Positions 1 to 10,917 of a stretch of 64,000 nt of DNA are shown here, piece after piece. Each line of letters starts with the position of its first letter. Positions within the stretch are counted from its first letter, which is position 1. The stretch lies in assembly GCA_032718475.1 (NCBI GenBank), contig JAUCBJ010001457.1, positions 62,001-126,000 on the forward strand, in the 5' to 3' direction. The notes under the pieces were generated by a model that saw only the letters and a program-made list of their open reading frames with translations, searched no databases and was not told the origin of the DNA. A program made the translations under genes and the position numbers. Origin of the DNA: Nemertoderma westbladi (Eukaryota > Animalia > Xenacoelomorpha).

Positions 1-68
1 ATACATACATAAATATAAAATAAAAACAAATATAAAATGATATAGTCACACACCCACTCCATATGTTA

Positions 69-3000
69 TTATGTTATGGAGTCCCTAGATATTTGTCGGA
101 TTAGGGAAGTGGTCGTAGGAAGAGTATCTTGCCTTCCATAGTTTCCGGACAGTTTTTGGTCTCTTTCCAGTAAACATAAACGACCAGCTGGGTGATTGGG
201 TTGTCGTGTTACTTTCTCCGCTCCCTTGGCCTGTCTACTCTCCGCCGTGGTAAGATGAGGAGGCCATTCATCTTCTTCTTTACTTAGGGAGTCGGGTCCA
301 CCTAACCAGCCGGGAGTATCTATCCGTTCTTGAGGAGTCGCTCCTCTGGAAGCGATGTCGGCTAGATTAATCATCTCGGGGCGATGTCTCCATTGATCTT
401 CATTGGAGTTAATATCGTCATTATCTGAGGAGTATGGTGTTCCCTCAGTTAGTTTGTCCACTTCACTGCTCTCCACTTCCAAACCATTTATCTGGTATAG
501 TCTTTCTGATGGTAGTCTCTCTTCGAGAGTTCTGCGGGAAGGGCCAGTAAAGTACCAACCTACTCTAGTTCTTACCGCATAGGTTTGTAGTGGCTGCGGT
601 TGAGCAGGTCGTTTTTCCAATGTCTCGAGCGCCTCGTGCGCGTTTTGGCCGATAAGTATTTGCACTCCAGGATAATCCGTCTGGAATCGAGGTATTTTAA
701 GTTGTTGGATGCTCTTGTCCTCGTTCCAGTTATAAGGCTCTACTTGGGTATTAGCGAAGTTCTTTATAGCTACCATTTTTACTGACCTTATACTTTGTTC
801 TCCTAATTTATCCTGTGGGGTGGACAACACACCTACATAGTAATCTGCCGTTAGGGTAGATTTCCAAACCTGCATAATTCCTGACATATTCAATTGAGTC
901 CGGAACTTGGGTTGTCCAGCAAAGATATCTTCGGCTAGTTCTTGATCGATGAATGTTCCTGTGCTGCCGGAGTCAAGTAGGGCGTTCACTATGTAACTCT
1001 TGTTAAGACCGTGAACTCTTACTTGAACTACAGGAAATTCTCTGATTCCTACGTTGGAAGCTGGAGCTTTCCAAGATGGTTGTTTGTCAAAGGTGGTTGG
1101 GGGGAACTCCGTGTCGGTGTCTTTTTCGTACGTAAGTGCTCGATACACTGCGGTATTTATTAGATAACAGGATTCGTTGGCATCGGAGAATTCGTCCGTA
1201 TAGAATCCTTCCCACTCAGAACTTTGGTCAGTGTCGTTCACATCACTGAATTGGACATGTGATTTGGGCTCACTTACCTGACTCGGGCTGTTTCGTTCGA
1301 ATTCCGTGTGCAACAAGCTATGATGTTTCGCGCCGCACTTAGCACACCTTGCGTCAGAGTAACAGGTTCGCCGCTGGTGTCCGCGTCTGAGACAGTTATA
1401 ACATAACCGCTTATCCCACAGGACTCCACGTCTATCTGCCAGGGATTTCTTTAGGAATTCTACACACGCACTCAAACGGTGGGGCCCGTCGCACAGCGCA
1501 CATTTTGGTTTGATGTTACTCACCTTAACTTGGTTAACGTTCTGCACTCTCGTTCTTTCTTCGGGCTTTCTTCCGTGAATTCTCTTAGGAGACGTAGGAG
1601 GAGTTGTTGTTACCTGTTCTCTCCTGTCACTGGTTCGAGACTTGTATTTACTTACGTCTTTATAGGTCTTGTTGTCATAGTAAGATCGTTCGGTGTCTTT
1701 CCCGCTGTCCTCTTCTTGAGAAGCTTGGCTTTCGCCGTCGTCAGTGTAGCACACTGGTATTATCCTTCTCCTAGAAACGGGTTTCTCACTTACCTTATTT
1801 TCCGATGTTTTCTCTCTGGACTGCCTTATGAGTTGTAATTTTACTTCACTATCTAAGAAGGACATGAGATCAGCCATGGTAGGACTTCGTCGTTGTTGTT
1901 CATTCATGTACAACACTTTCTTGTCCCAGCGCGTACATACTCCACCCTTTGGTAAAGTAGAGACTAGGGCTGCAATGACCATGGAACTCTGATATTCATG
2001 CGACTTACCTAACCAGTCCAGTTGTCTACAGATCTCTTGAATTTCATCGGAAAACTCTATAATCCCGCTACTAAGGAAGTGTCGGGGGGCTACTAATTTT
2101 GCATACAAATACTTAGCTATGTTATCCTTGTTACCATACCTGATGTTTAATGTATCCCAAACTTGTCTTAATCCATCTGGATGTCCAATAAACTTTAACG
2201 CCATTAACTTGGGAGGTCCTTCCAAGCACTTGATGAGGAATCTAAGTTTCTCTCCGTTAGATAGTACAGAGTTCTGTATTCTATCTTTGTAATATTCGTT
2301 GAAAGGTAACCATTTCATCTCATCTCCATTGAATTTGACGATCTCTCCCACTTTGACCGCTTGGCGGGCTTCTGTTCTAGCCATCTGACGCGTAAAGCTT
2401 TCTTGGGCCATCGTGTTATTTAATATCGAATTATCGGTATATAAATTTCTCGGATCATTATCAGGTCTATAGGGAATATCATTAATAACAGGTCTATAAT
2501 CACCCTTAATAGGGTTTGCTATAGGAGTTTCAACTTCACTAGCAGTATAGATGCGTGTAGGCTCCACACCTTGCGCATGTAATATTTCAGACCTAACGGG
2601 TTGACACAATGTTACAGGGGGTATTGGTATGCCTTTTTGTATATTGACTAATTTGTCGCGTTCTAGCGCGATACTTTGCTGCACTTCTTGCAACTCTGCT
2701 CTACCTTCCCTCACTGTTCCCTTAAGTTGGTGGACAGTCTCCTGCATCTGTCCTAGCAGGAGATTCATCCCCCGCCGTCCCTCTTCCACCCACTCAACCG
2801 CCGAAGCGGGAGTCGCCAACATAGTAGCGGGCTGACGCGGGACGACGGGAGACAAATTATTGATTTCTCTCTCTGCTATCTGGACAGGGGTATTTGCATG
2901 GACTGTTCCACCGGGTACAGGCAGTGTAGTACTATGTAAAGGGAATTTAGAGTTAAGCTCTGGAAGTGTAGGGGTCTCTAGCACAGAAGTGACTTTGGGA

Positions 3001-4142
3001 ACAACAGGCCTAATTATTTCAGGTTCATCGACTATAGTAGGGAGTCTTTTGACCTGGATAAATTGTTCTATGGGTTCTGCACTACCTAAGTCTGTGCTAG
3101 TTAGCTGTCTTTTAACAGCTGGGGGCAAATTAGGCAATTTGCGACGGTAATATGTTTTTCTACGCCTACTTAGATGAGATCTATTTCCTCCGCCTTCAGG
3201 ATCGGTAGTATCGCCTTCCTCCGAGGATGTGTATCCCTGACGTCTGGGAGTAGATTTTCTCATCATCTGCATTTGATTAGCAGTAAACTGTTTATTTATA
3301 CTGTCTTGTGTCTCTTGCAGATTTTCCAACTCTAATCGAATAGTCTCCTCAGAAGCTCTCCGCTGTGCTTCTGCCACCTTTGCCTTTCTTTCGGCTTCTG
3401 CTTCCGCTGCTTCTGCTGCTGCTACCCTTCTTGTCTCTATCAGTTCTTTCTTTACTTGTTCTTCTTGGACTCTAACGAGGCGGAGTTTTTCATCACATTC
3501 AGCTTGGTTTGCAGCTAACATTTCAGCATCGAGTGCGTCCAACACAAGCTTGGTTCCTTCACTATTAGGGCGAAGTCCAGACAGTCGTCTCCTCAACTCT
3601 TCGTCTCCTATGAATCGCTGATAGTCTGACAGATAGATGTCAATGGCATCTCTAGTTCGCGGCTTCTCTGCTGCTGTTAATTCGCTTTCCACTTCGCTTT
3701 CCACTTCGCTCTCCACTTCGCTTTCCACTTGAGGAGAAGCAGCGTCGGTTGATTCTTCAAAGGTTGGTCGCTCATCATAAACCGTATCCGCCATCTTCGT
3801 TCCGCGTTCGGGTCTCCGCTCAGCAGTATCCGAACAACTGGAGCCATCGGGCCGCTGAGAACTAGGTTCTGGGCTAGGAGGTTGCTGCTGTTTGATAGCT
3901 GCTTCTTGATCCCGCTTGACTTGGGCCCGAGTGCCGATGATAGACCTACGGTGTTCTACTAGTCTAGGGTCTGACACTACTACGGTAGGGATGGCCTTTC
4001 TTACAGCAGGAGGTGACTTAGACTTGGATCTAGGATGTTCTATACTGGGATCTGGGTCACTGATCTTTTTAAGACACTGTCTAACAGTCATTCTAACACT
4101 TTCCAAAAGACTATCCGACAGTGATTGGGTTGTGTCCGACAT
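69..4142 (-). CDS. BEL/Pao Gag-protease polyprotein with RT, most of RNase H and integrase deleted
   Basis: Gag core (KFNGDEMKWLPF..EKLRFLIKCLEGPP); knuckles CALCDGPHRLSAC, CYNCLRRGHQRRTC, CAKCGAKHHSLLH; protease ALLDSGSTGTFI; then an RNase H C-terminal remnant QWRH..NLADIASRG..WLGGP..L..EWP and a terminal HPAGRLCLLE resembling the BEL integrase end motif RP..KLC.LE. Confidence 0.9.
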   Translation of the reverse strand: MSDTTQSLSDSLLESVRMTVRQCLKKISDPDPSIEHPRSKSKSPPAVRKAIPTVVVSDPRLVEHRRSIIGTRAQVKRDQEAAIKQQQPPSPEPSSQRPDGSSCSDTAERRPERGTKMADTVYDERPTFEESTDAASPQVESEVESEVESEVESELTAAEKPRTRDAIDIYLSDYQRFIGDEELRRRLSGLRPNSEGTKLVLDALDAEMLAANQAECDEKLRLVRVQEEQVKKELIETRRVAAAEAAEAEAERKAKVAEAQRRASEETIRLELENLQETQDSINKQFTANQMQMMRKSTPRRQGYTSSEEGDTTDPEGGGNRSHLSRRRKTYYRRKLPNLPPAVKRQLTSTDLGSAEPIEQFIQVKRLPTIVDEPEIIRPVVPKVTSVLETPTLPELNSKFPLHSTTLPVPGGTVHANTPVQIAEREINNLSPVVPRQPATMLATPASAVEWVEEGRRGMNLLLGQMQETVHQLKGTVREGRAELQEVQQSIALERDKLVNIQKGIPIPPVTLCQPVRSEILHAQGVEPTRIYTASEVETPIANPIKGDYRPVINDIPYRPDNDPRNLYTDNSILNNTMAQESFTRQMARTEARQAVKVGEIVKFNGDEMKWLPFNEYYKDRIQNSVLSNGEKLRFLIKCLEGPPKLMALKFIGHPDGLRQVWDTLNIRYGNKDNIAKYLYAKLVAPRHFLSSGIIEFSDEIQEICRQLDWLGKSHEYQSSMVIAALVSTLPKGGVCTRWDKKVLYMNEQQRRSPTMADLMSFLDSEVKLQLIRQSREKTSENKVSEKPVSRRRIIPVCYTDDGESQASQEEDSGKDTERSYYDNKTYKDVSKYKSRTSDRREQVTTTPPTSPKRIHGRKPEERTRVQNVNQVKVSNIKPKCALCDGPHRLSACVEFLKKSLADRRGVLWDKRLCYNCLRRGHQRRTCYSDARCAKCGAKHHSLLHTEFERNSPSQVSEPKSHVQFSDVNDTDQSSEWEGFYTDEFSDANESCYLINTAVYRALTYEKDTDTEFPPTTFDKQPSWKAPASNVGIREFPVVQVRVHGLNKSYIVNALLDSGSTGTFIDQELAEDIFAGQPKFRTQLNMSGIMQVWKSTLTADYYVGVLSTPQDKLGEQSIRSVKMVAIKNFANTQVEPYNWNEDKSIQQLKIPRFQTDYPGVQILIGQNAHEALETLEKRPAQPQPLQTYAVRTRVGWYFTGPSRRTLEERLPSERLYQINGLEVESSEVDKLTEGTPYSSDNDDINSNEDQWRHRPEMINLADIASRGATPQERIDTPGWLGGPDSLSKEEDEWPPHLTTAESRQAKGAEKVTRQPNHPAGRLCLLERDQKLSGNYGRQDTLPTTTSLIRQISRDSIT

Positions 4143-5479
4143 GTTTGTTTACACAGTCGAATGCCTACAGCTATAAATACAGTTAAAGCAAGTCTAGTAA
4201 TTCAGTATCACTGCTAGCCTAATAATTAATTACCGATACTGCTACTTAATATAGCGGGATATATATATATTATATCAGAATACCGGTATGCTTATAGTAT
4301 ATATAAGTATTATTACAGACTAGATTTGCCACAGAGTACCGGTGTATAAATTTAGCACAAATATATATATAAATATATAAATATATAATAGGCCTATCGT
4401 GGATACCGGTATACAGCTTACACTTATAATATATATAAAGTATAATTATGAACTAAAATTAATTACAGAATACCGGTATGATTTCAGCTCAAATTTATAA
4501 AAATAAATATAATAAGCCTATGGTAAGTACTGGTATGTCAATTATTTTTAGAATAATTGAATTCCTGAATATTTTAGGGGTTACTTAGTTACTTCAACTT
4601 ACTTTATTACCGTTATTTAAGCAGTAGTCCAACTGATAGTGAGACCTAGTTGTTGTATGGCAGGCCTACTATTTATAAATCGTTTGATTTGATTTATAAT
4701 ATTTATATACCCGTTTATATGGGTTTTTGTCAATATTTGAAACAAATGTTATTATTTCTGGGGGAGTCACTACACAGAAGCTGAACGCCTCTAAGTGAAG
4801 TGCTATTTATTTGACACTAAAACTGATAATTCTAATTTACCTAAGTTACTTAATACTACAAATTACTTACGATACGGGTGAGATTAATTCTCTAATTAAA
4901 CACAACAAAATATTACGTACGAAATTTTTAGGGTAATTTTACAGGAAGTCTACAAACCAGTCCAACAAAGGGTTAGATTTCTGGTTATTACAAAGGACAG
5001 GGTACTACGGTATTTAAATAATAAGTAGTAGTAAATATATTGTACTGTCCAGATAGGAAAATACCACCGCCTGACGACCTATAACCGTATCGCTATAGGT
5101 ACTACGTTATGTATCACGGATTGTTCCTACCCAGAAGCTAATAGAGCTAACGAATGTGCCTATCAACCACTTTACAACACAAATATACTGCCTACACTAA
5201 TTACTTCGGAAAGCACTGTACACTAAACCCTAAATTAGGTACAAGTACCGGTATAACAAATAATCAGTAGTTAAATATACTTGAACAGTTAAAAGAACCA
5301 CGGCATCTGCTGGAGTGACCGAAGCACAAAGTCGTCAGTCTTTACCTACGCCAAGCAGCCCTGATGTAGTACCGGGGTTAGTTTAACTATAACGGTATGT
5401 ATAATAAGCACAATTACTGTAGGAATAAACTTGGGGACATGAATGTTGCGAATAATCGCATAAACTCTGAATAATAAAT

Positions 5480-6050
5480 ATTACGCTACCCGTACAGAAT
5501 ACTCAAACAAATACAAACCAAACGCTGGCAGACTACCACTAAGCCTAAATAAACTACTGTATGTGCAGATTCTGAAACTGTTAGTTAGTATGCGTTCTAA
5601 CACGGTAGTACGACTTACTCTTTAAGAGGGGATTGACCTTACCGCTTATGGCTGCCCCAACTTACTAACGGCACTTGATCAGACCAACTCTACACACGCA
5701 GCAATCCCTTCAGACCTAAAAATAGCTAGACAACAATCCAGCCTACAAATATTTGAGTAATAACTATTACGGTACCTGAACAGACCACACAAACAAACAC
5801 AGGCTAAAACACTGGCAGACTACGATCAAGCCTAAATAAACTACAGTATATGCAGACTCTGAAACTGTTAGTTAGTATGCGTTCTAACACGGTAGTACGA
5901 CTTATTCTTTAAGAGGGGATTGACCTTCAGCATATGGCTGCCCCAACTTACTAACGGCACTTTATCAGACCAACTCTACACACACCGTAATCTCTCTAAA
6001 CTCAACACAGTCAGACAGCAGCTCAACCTACAATTATCTGAACAATCTGA
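5480..6050. repeat. 287-bp tandem duplication inside the BEL leader (also present in copy 2, ~40800-41360)
   Basis: ctgaaactgttagttagtatgc... occurs at 5572 and 5859, and at 40883 and 41170 (period 287 in both copies). Confidence 0.9.
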
Positions 6051-7187
6051 GCAGGGTCACACGCCTTCTGCTCAATATTAGCCTACTAGTAAATAAAACC
6101 GACAGAAATAAGTAAACTATACAAAAGAATGAGGGGTGATCAATCCCTATTCCCCTGGCAGCCTACAATATACAATAGATCACAATCGAAATAATACTAA
6201 ATGTACTTGTACAGCAGTACCGGTACCGGTGATGACAGTTAGGCCTACTGACCTACAGAAATACCGGTTACTACGGTATTTTGCAACCTTATTGCCTACT
6301 GCAATAAGATCGATAACTGTTACTGTTCGCCAGAACAGTATTAAACTGTATTTAATACCTACACTGCAATACAAGTAACTGTTACTGTTCGCGCTTTTGA
6401 AGACCTTTAGCAGTTTAACCTGCCAAAATTTATATGTCTTTTAGTTAATTAACACACCTTTAGCATACGACAATATTTTATGCTAATAAACAAAACATTA
6501 GCCGAAGCCAGCCCATGCGCGATCATTCACCCGATGGATCTACACCCGGGAGGCTGAATTCGGATGCTTAGATTTTATTATTGCAGTGTAAGGTTGCAGT
6601 GTAAACCTATTGTATTATTCGATAGATCACTAATATGTAATTTCTGACAGATATTATTAACTTTCGGGAAATATTAACAGTTCCTTTAGGACGTGGCGCT
6701 CTATCTATTTAAACAGAGCTAGGACTTATACTAAACGCAACGATAAGGCTTATGATTAAAGTATAAGTCGCATTCTTTAGGAAATGCTTTGTTACCAGTC
6801 ACATCACACTCACAATCATGCACACTATTCTGCCGACCGTCAGTATATTTGATCACACATAAAGAGAGCAGCAATTGACTCACGTAGGGTCTGCTAAATA
6901 ACATTGGATTCAATACACACCACATTAATATAAATCGCAATTGTTATGTATAGCCGGTCTCTCTAACCTGTAGTGTATCAAGAAAATTGGGAATTTGGGT
7001 GATTTATCCGTATTATCCAAAGAGCAATATTTCCATCAACAAATAGGTACAATTAATAACTGACGGTAAATAGCAGTACAAACAATATGATTAGTGCAGT
7101 TAAATTAAGTGAGGTAACACCGCCGCCGGTAACAGTTATACTTTCTATAATCTAAGCAGTTTACTAGAGTTCTTACCAAAAAGCCGG

Positions 7188-7621
7188 TGTTTCTGGCTTA
7201 GACAGCAATAACAACAAAGTATCAAGTAAAAGCAGTAAGACTGAACACTCTCCTTATGATCGACCGAAAAGCTACACGTCGACAGGAAAAATCGCTCTGA
7301 TTGGCCCAAGCCAAACAAAGAACCATGCATCCAATGGCTGTTTCCATGTCAGCAACCAGCTGTTAGATGTCGTAATATGAATCATCACGGCTAAGCTGTG
7401 AAAGGTAGTTGGTGCATTACAGGTTTTTTGCCTTACCATGTCCGCCAAAACACGTATATAGCAGAATGACTTTTATGTCCGTTAAAACACCTGTAACGGT
7501 ACCTTGCGGGCGAGGGGAATATATATACAGTTAGAGAACCTTTTTAGAGTATTCCAGCGCCTGGGGGGAAACTGGATTGCGAAGCAAAAGGGGCCAGTTA
7601 TATCCCACAGAAGCTTTTTCA
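7188..7621 (-). repeat. Putative 5' LTR of BEL copy 1
   Basis: Reads TG(AAAAAGCTT)...AACA on the minus strand. Similarity to copy 2 stops exactly at 7621, and internal-region identity resumes just inside 7188. No 3' LTR in the window to confirm. Confidence 0.7.
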
Positions 7622-8084
7622 AATAAAGTTACAGGCTGTCAAGGTCTTTCAAGGATTTAATTTTGTTGCATTCAAGCGCGTGTAGAAGAGTGCACTGGTT
7701 CCCACGGAGTTTACATGAACACGATTCATTCCTGTTATTACATTTAGGTTCATAGCAGAGTTTATAGTGAAACCCGTGGCAGCTGAATGAATACACATTG
7801 AGATATATAATATATTAGATAGGTCATAGTAGTATGCCCCATGAAATTTGACACGTTTATATTTTTGAATTTCAATTTCAACCAATTTTCGTGATTGTGC
7901 AGTCAATAAGAAATCGATGCATTATCTTAAACTTTTGTTTGCGATGCTTTACGCTAAACGCACTACTGTATGAATAATGAATGCCGGTAATAGTTATGAA
8001 ATTTCCACTTTAAATTGTACTACTGTTGTAGGTTTCTTGAATGCGTGACAGATTTGACAAATTTGCACTCTATGTAACCGGCGA

Positions 8085-8460
8085 TAGTGAGCAACAACGA
8101 GAAAGAATAAGTATTAGCAATACCCGAGAAAAATGAAAAACCATGAGCAACAATGAGTAGCAACAAGCAAGAATAATGAGCAACAACGAGCAAGAACTCG
8201 AATGAGAAACCGTGAGTAACAACGAGCAACAATGAGCAAGAATAATGAGCAAAAACTCGAATGAGAAACCATAAATAACAACGAGTAACATTGAACAATA
8301 ATAATGAGTAACAACGAGCAACAACTCGAATGAGAAACCATGAGTAACAATGAGTAGCAACAAGCAACAATAATGAGCAACAAAGAGCCGTAATGACAAG
8401 CAATGAGTAACAAGAAGCAACAATGAGCAGCAATGAGCAATAATGAGCAGAAATGAGCTC
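8085..8460. repeat. Degenerate ~10-bp simple repeat (AATGAGCAAC/AACGAGCAAC)
   Basis: Directly visible; includes three copies of ctcgaatgagaaacc. Confidence 0.9.
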
Positions 8461-9741
8461 TTATTGTGTCACTTCTTGTTAATCATTATACGCCAACATA
8501 CTTAGATAATTATTTGATTGTGTTATAGGTTTATTGTAAACTCCAACCATGCAACACAGACTTGTCTCAATTGTTCTCATTTATTGGTTCCACATCGCAC
8601 TAATGGTTATTCATACTGAAGGGAACGTTGTTAACGTCGAGGAATGGCCGTCTCTTTGTACTAGACAACATTTACAGGATACATTACCCGCTATCTGTCA
8701 GCTTTTGTCTAACAACATTATTCCGGATGATATGGGTAGGTATACTGTAGAGTAGATATATCATCATCATTTTGTTGCCATATTTGTATAAAAGTTAATT
8801 AACGGAAAAAGGCAGCACAGACTGATAAGGATAACCTTTATAACTCTGCAAAAAAAGTAACTGCCGATTTAATTAAAACCTTTTATTTGATAAAAATTCA
8901 AAAAGTATCTTGGTCGATTTTTTAGTAGAATTTAATGGCTAATCTGAATATGTAAGTTATGATGTTTAGTTTTAGAGATGTGACGATTTTACTACGGCAT
9001 GTTTCCATAAAAATCAAATGACCATTATTTTACCATAATAAAATGTGTTTCCTGACCGACTGACTGATTTCGCCAAACATAAAAACAGACATCGGAAATG
9101 GAATCCGACCCCAAAAACCCCACAGAAAACTTTAGCTAAGTCATGTGGTTTTGTTTTATTGTATGCTAACAGAGCGAAAGACAGGCTACAGAAAGACAGA
9201 CCAACAGATTGACAGGTAAAACCCATAGCCAAAATTGTGACTATATGTCGTGTGCTTAATTGTATTTTGACACATAATAAAACTCGTAACAAATCACAAT
9301 AAAAAATCAATAAACAACAGACATTTTGACAGACAGGCTCTCATAAATGGCAACTTAATGTAATCAATGTGTGTACTGTTGAACAACCCTTAGCCATGTC
9401 GTTGTAGTGTTGCTTAAATTCGTCAAATGGATCTGCCCTTATCGCAGCTAATAAACAGTTGCTGGTTTGCTAAAGTACTTCACCCACAGATTATTTGCCC
9501 GTTGCAAACTACCACAGGCCTACAGTATATGAATAATTATATATATATAACCATTAGAAGTTATACGCATAATTTTTTATTTAAAGATGGTATTTAAATA
9601 TTTAAAATTTAGAGCACTACCGCCAAAGGCTATCCATAGACATAGACAAGCATTACCAAACCAATAATTGTTTGTGGCTGTCACGACAGAACGGCACTAC
9701 GGCAGTTGTTACCGTCACAACACTACGACAATTGGTTTTTA

Positions 9742-9925
9742 AAAGGGTAGCACGAACTTATTTCCAAACGCACGTTCAATATGCAAAGCCAGGTGGTTTA
9801 TAGGAATATAATCAATGCAGTACTCGTCTTCATTATAAGCCTCTTTGCGTTCGACCTGTTTTGTATTAAAATATATTTATTAAACGCAGGCTGACGCTCT
9901 TTATAATAATAATACCTAGGGATGC
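9742..9925 (+). repeat. Dispersed repeat (probable DNA-transposon end); inverted copy at 12717-12901
   Basis: aagggtagcacgaacttattt...cctagggatgc matches the reverse complement of 12717-12901. A second partial tandem unit lies at 12575-12716. Confidence 0.85.
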
Positions 9926-10256
9926 CAGCTTCCAGACTTTCAATCTTTACTGCCGCGCAAACCCCGCAGAGGAAGTTTTGGTTTGAGAGATCAAGCCCAT
10001 CGGCAATTGGTGTTTCAATTTCGGTCCAGGAACTCTGACAATGGGAACATTCAATCTTAGCTGTGGTCCATTCCCGTGGTTTCGACTTCCTTTTCTTCGT
10101 CCCAATGACAGATTCTTCTGAAGACGTTCGATTCGCTTTCAGTTTATTGTTGGCGTTTGTGTTTTGAAGTTGTATTCGAGTGGACAGTCGCGCCGGTTTC
10201 GAGGTAACCATACCGACCTGTGATAAGCGTTGGTTTTGTTGAGTGCCGGTATTCAT
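9926..10256 (-). pseudogene. Fragment resembling a LINE (CR1/L2-type) ORF1 N-terminal PHD-like zinc finger
   Basis: IECSHCQSSW...FLCGVCAAVKIESLE (Cys pairs followed by a coiled-coil start); truncated by the repeat ending at 9925. Confidence 0.45.
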
Positions 10257-10917
10257 CTTCTCTCACCTCTTCAATGTCAGATGTTGCAAATACTGATAAC
10301 ACGAATAACGGTATATATTTCAATACTTGTCAATAGTAATATATATAATTTAGATAACTATTTTATATCTGTACTGTTGAGCAAACTCTACATAAATTCC
10401 AACCTGTGTATCGCCGGTAGTGCTGTTGCTGTGCAAGTGCTGAAGTGCTAGTTGCCACCGGTCAGCCGGTACCGGTAGTAGGGTGGTACCTACGGTGCGC
10501 ACTATAACGGCAGTACAGCAATACGGTGTACTGTGCCAATGACTGAATGATTAGCGGTAACTATCTAAACTATTATATTATTATTACCGGTGCCGGTACT
10601 GGGCTAATTAGGCCTAAACTATAATCACCGCAAGGGTTGCCGGGGCCATGTTTAATTAGATTACATGATATGGCATGTCTGCAGTGTATGGTACCGGCTG
10701 ACCAGTATTGCAGTATTGACTGATTGCAGGATTCTCGATTCAGGGATTGAGTACAGCCTGACAGTACCGGTACACATGGTACATGCAGATTGGTAGACAG
10801 CCCCAATGTATTGCAAAATTTGTCAGAAACCCAGCTGATTTATCCTACAGTAATAATAATGTAACGCATTTTAAATTTGGATAAATAAATTTATTATAAC
10901 TGCAATAACAGTTACAC

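Larger units (their letters stand above)
1..7621 (-). mobile_element. BEL/Pao LTR retrotransposon, copy 1 (non-autonomous, internally deleted; 3' LTR lies outside the window)
   Basis: 5' LTR candidate at 7188-7621, ~3 kb leader, then a single ORF with BEL-type Gag, triple zinc knuckle and aspartic protease. Colinear with copy 2 at 33733-42841. Confidence 0.93.

Noticed and set aside
41-62. GGAGTGGGTG-TG on the minus strand as polypurine tract plus 3' LTR start
   Set aside because: The following sequence does not match the 5' LTR start (TGAAAAAGCTT); the 3' LTR is probably outside the window.
400-3790. Copy 1 deletions as spliced-out introns
   Set aside because: The two junctions that can be compared with copy 2 show no GT...AG boundaries.
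600-4176. Short plus-strand ORFs over BEL gag, and similar ones over PTEN and SLC35A
   Set aside because: Antisense shadows of real coding sequence with no recognisable motifs.
5071-5106. CTGACGA followed by a hairpin in the BEL leader (possible hammerhead)
   Set aside because: No GAAA after the stem and no stem I or III.
8020-8440. Hydrophobic Leu/Cys-rich ORFs in three frames
   Set aside because: They are translations of a simple repeat.
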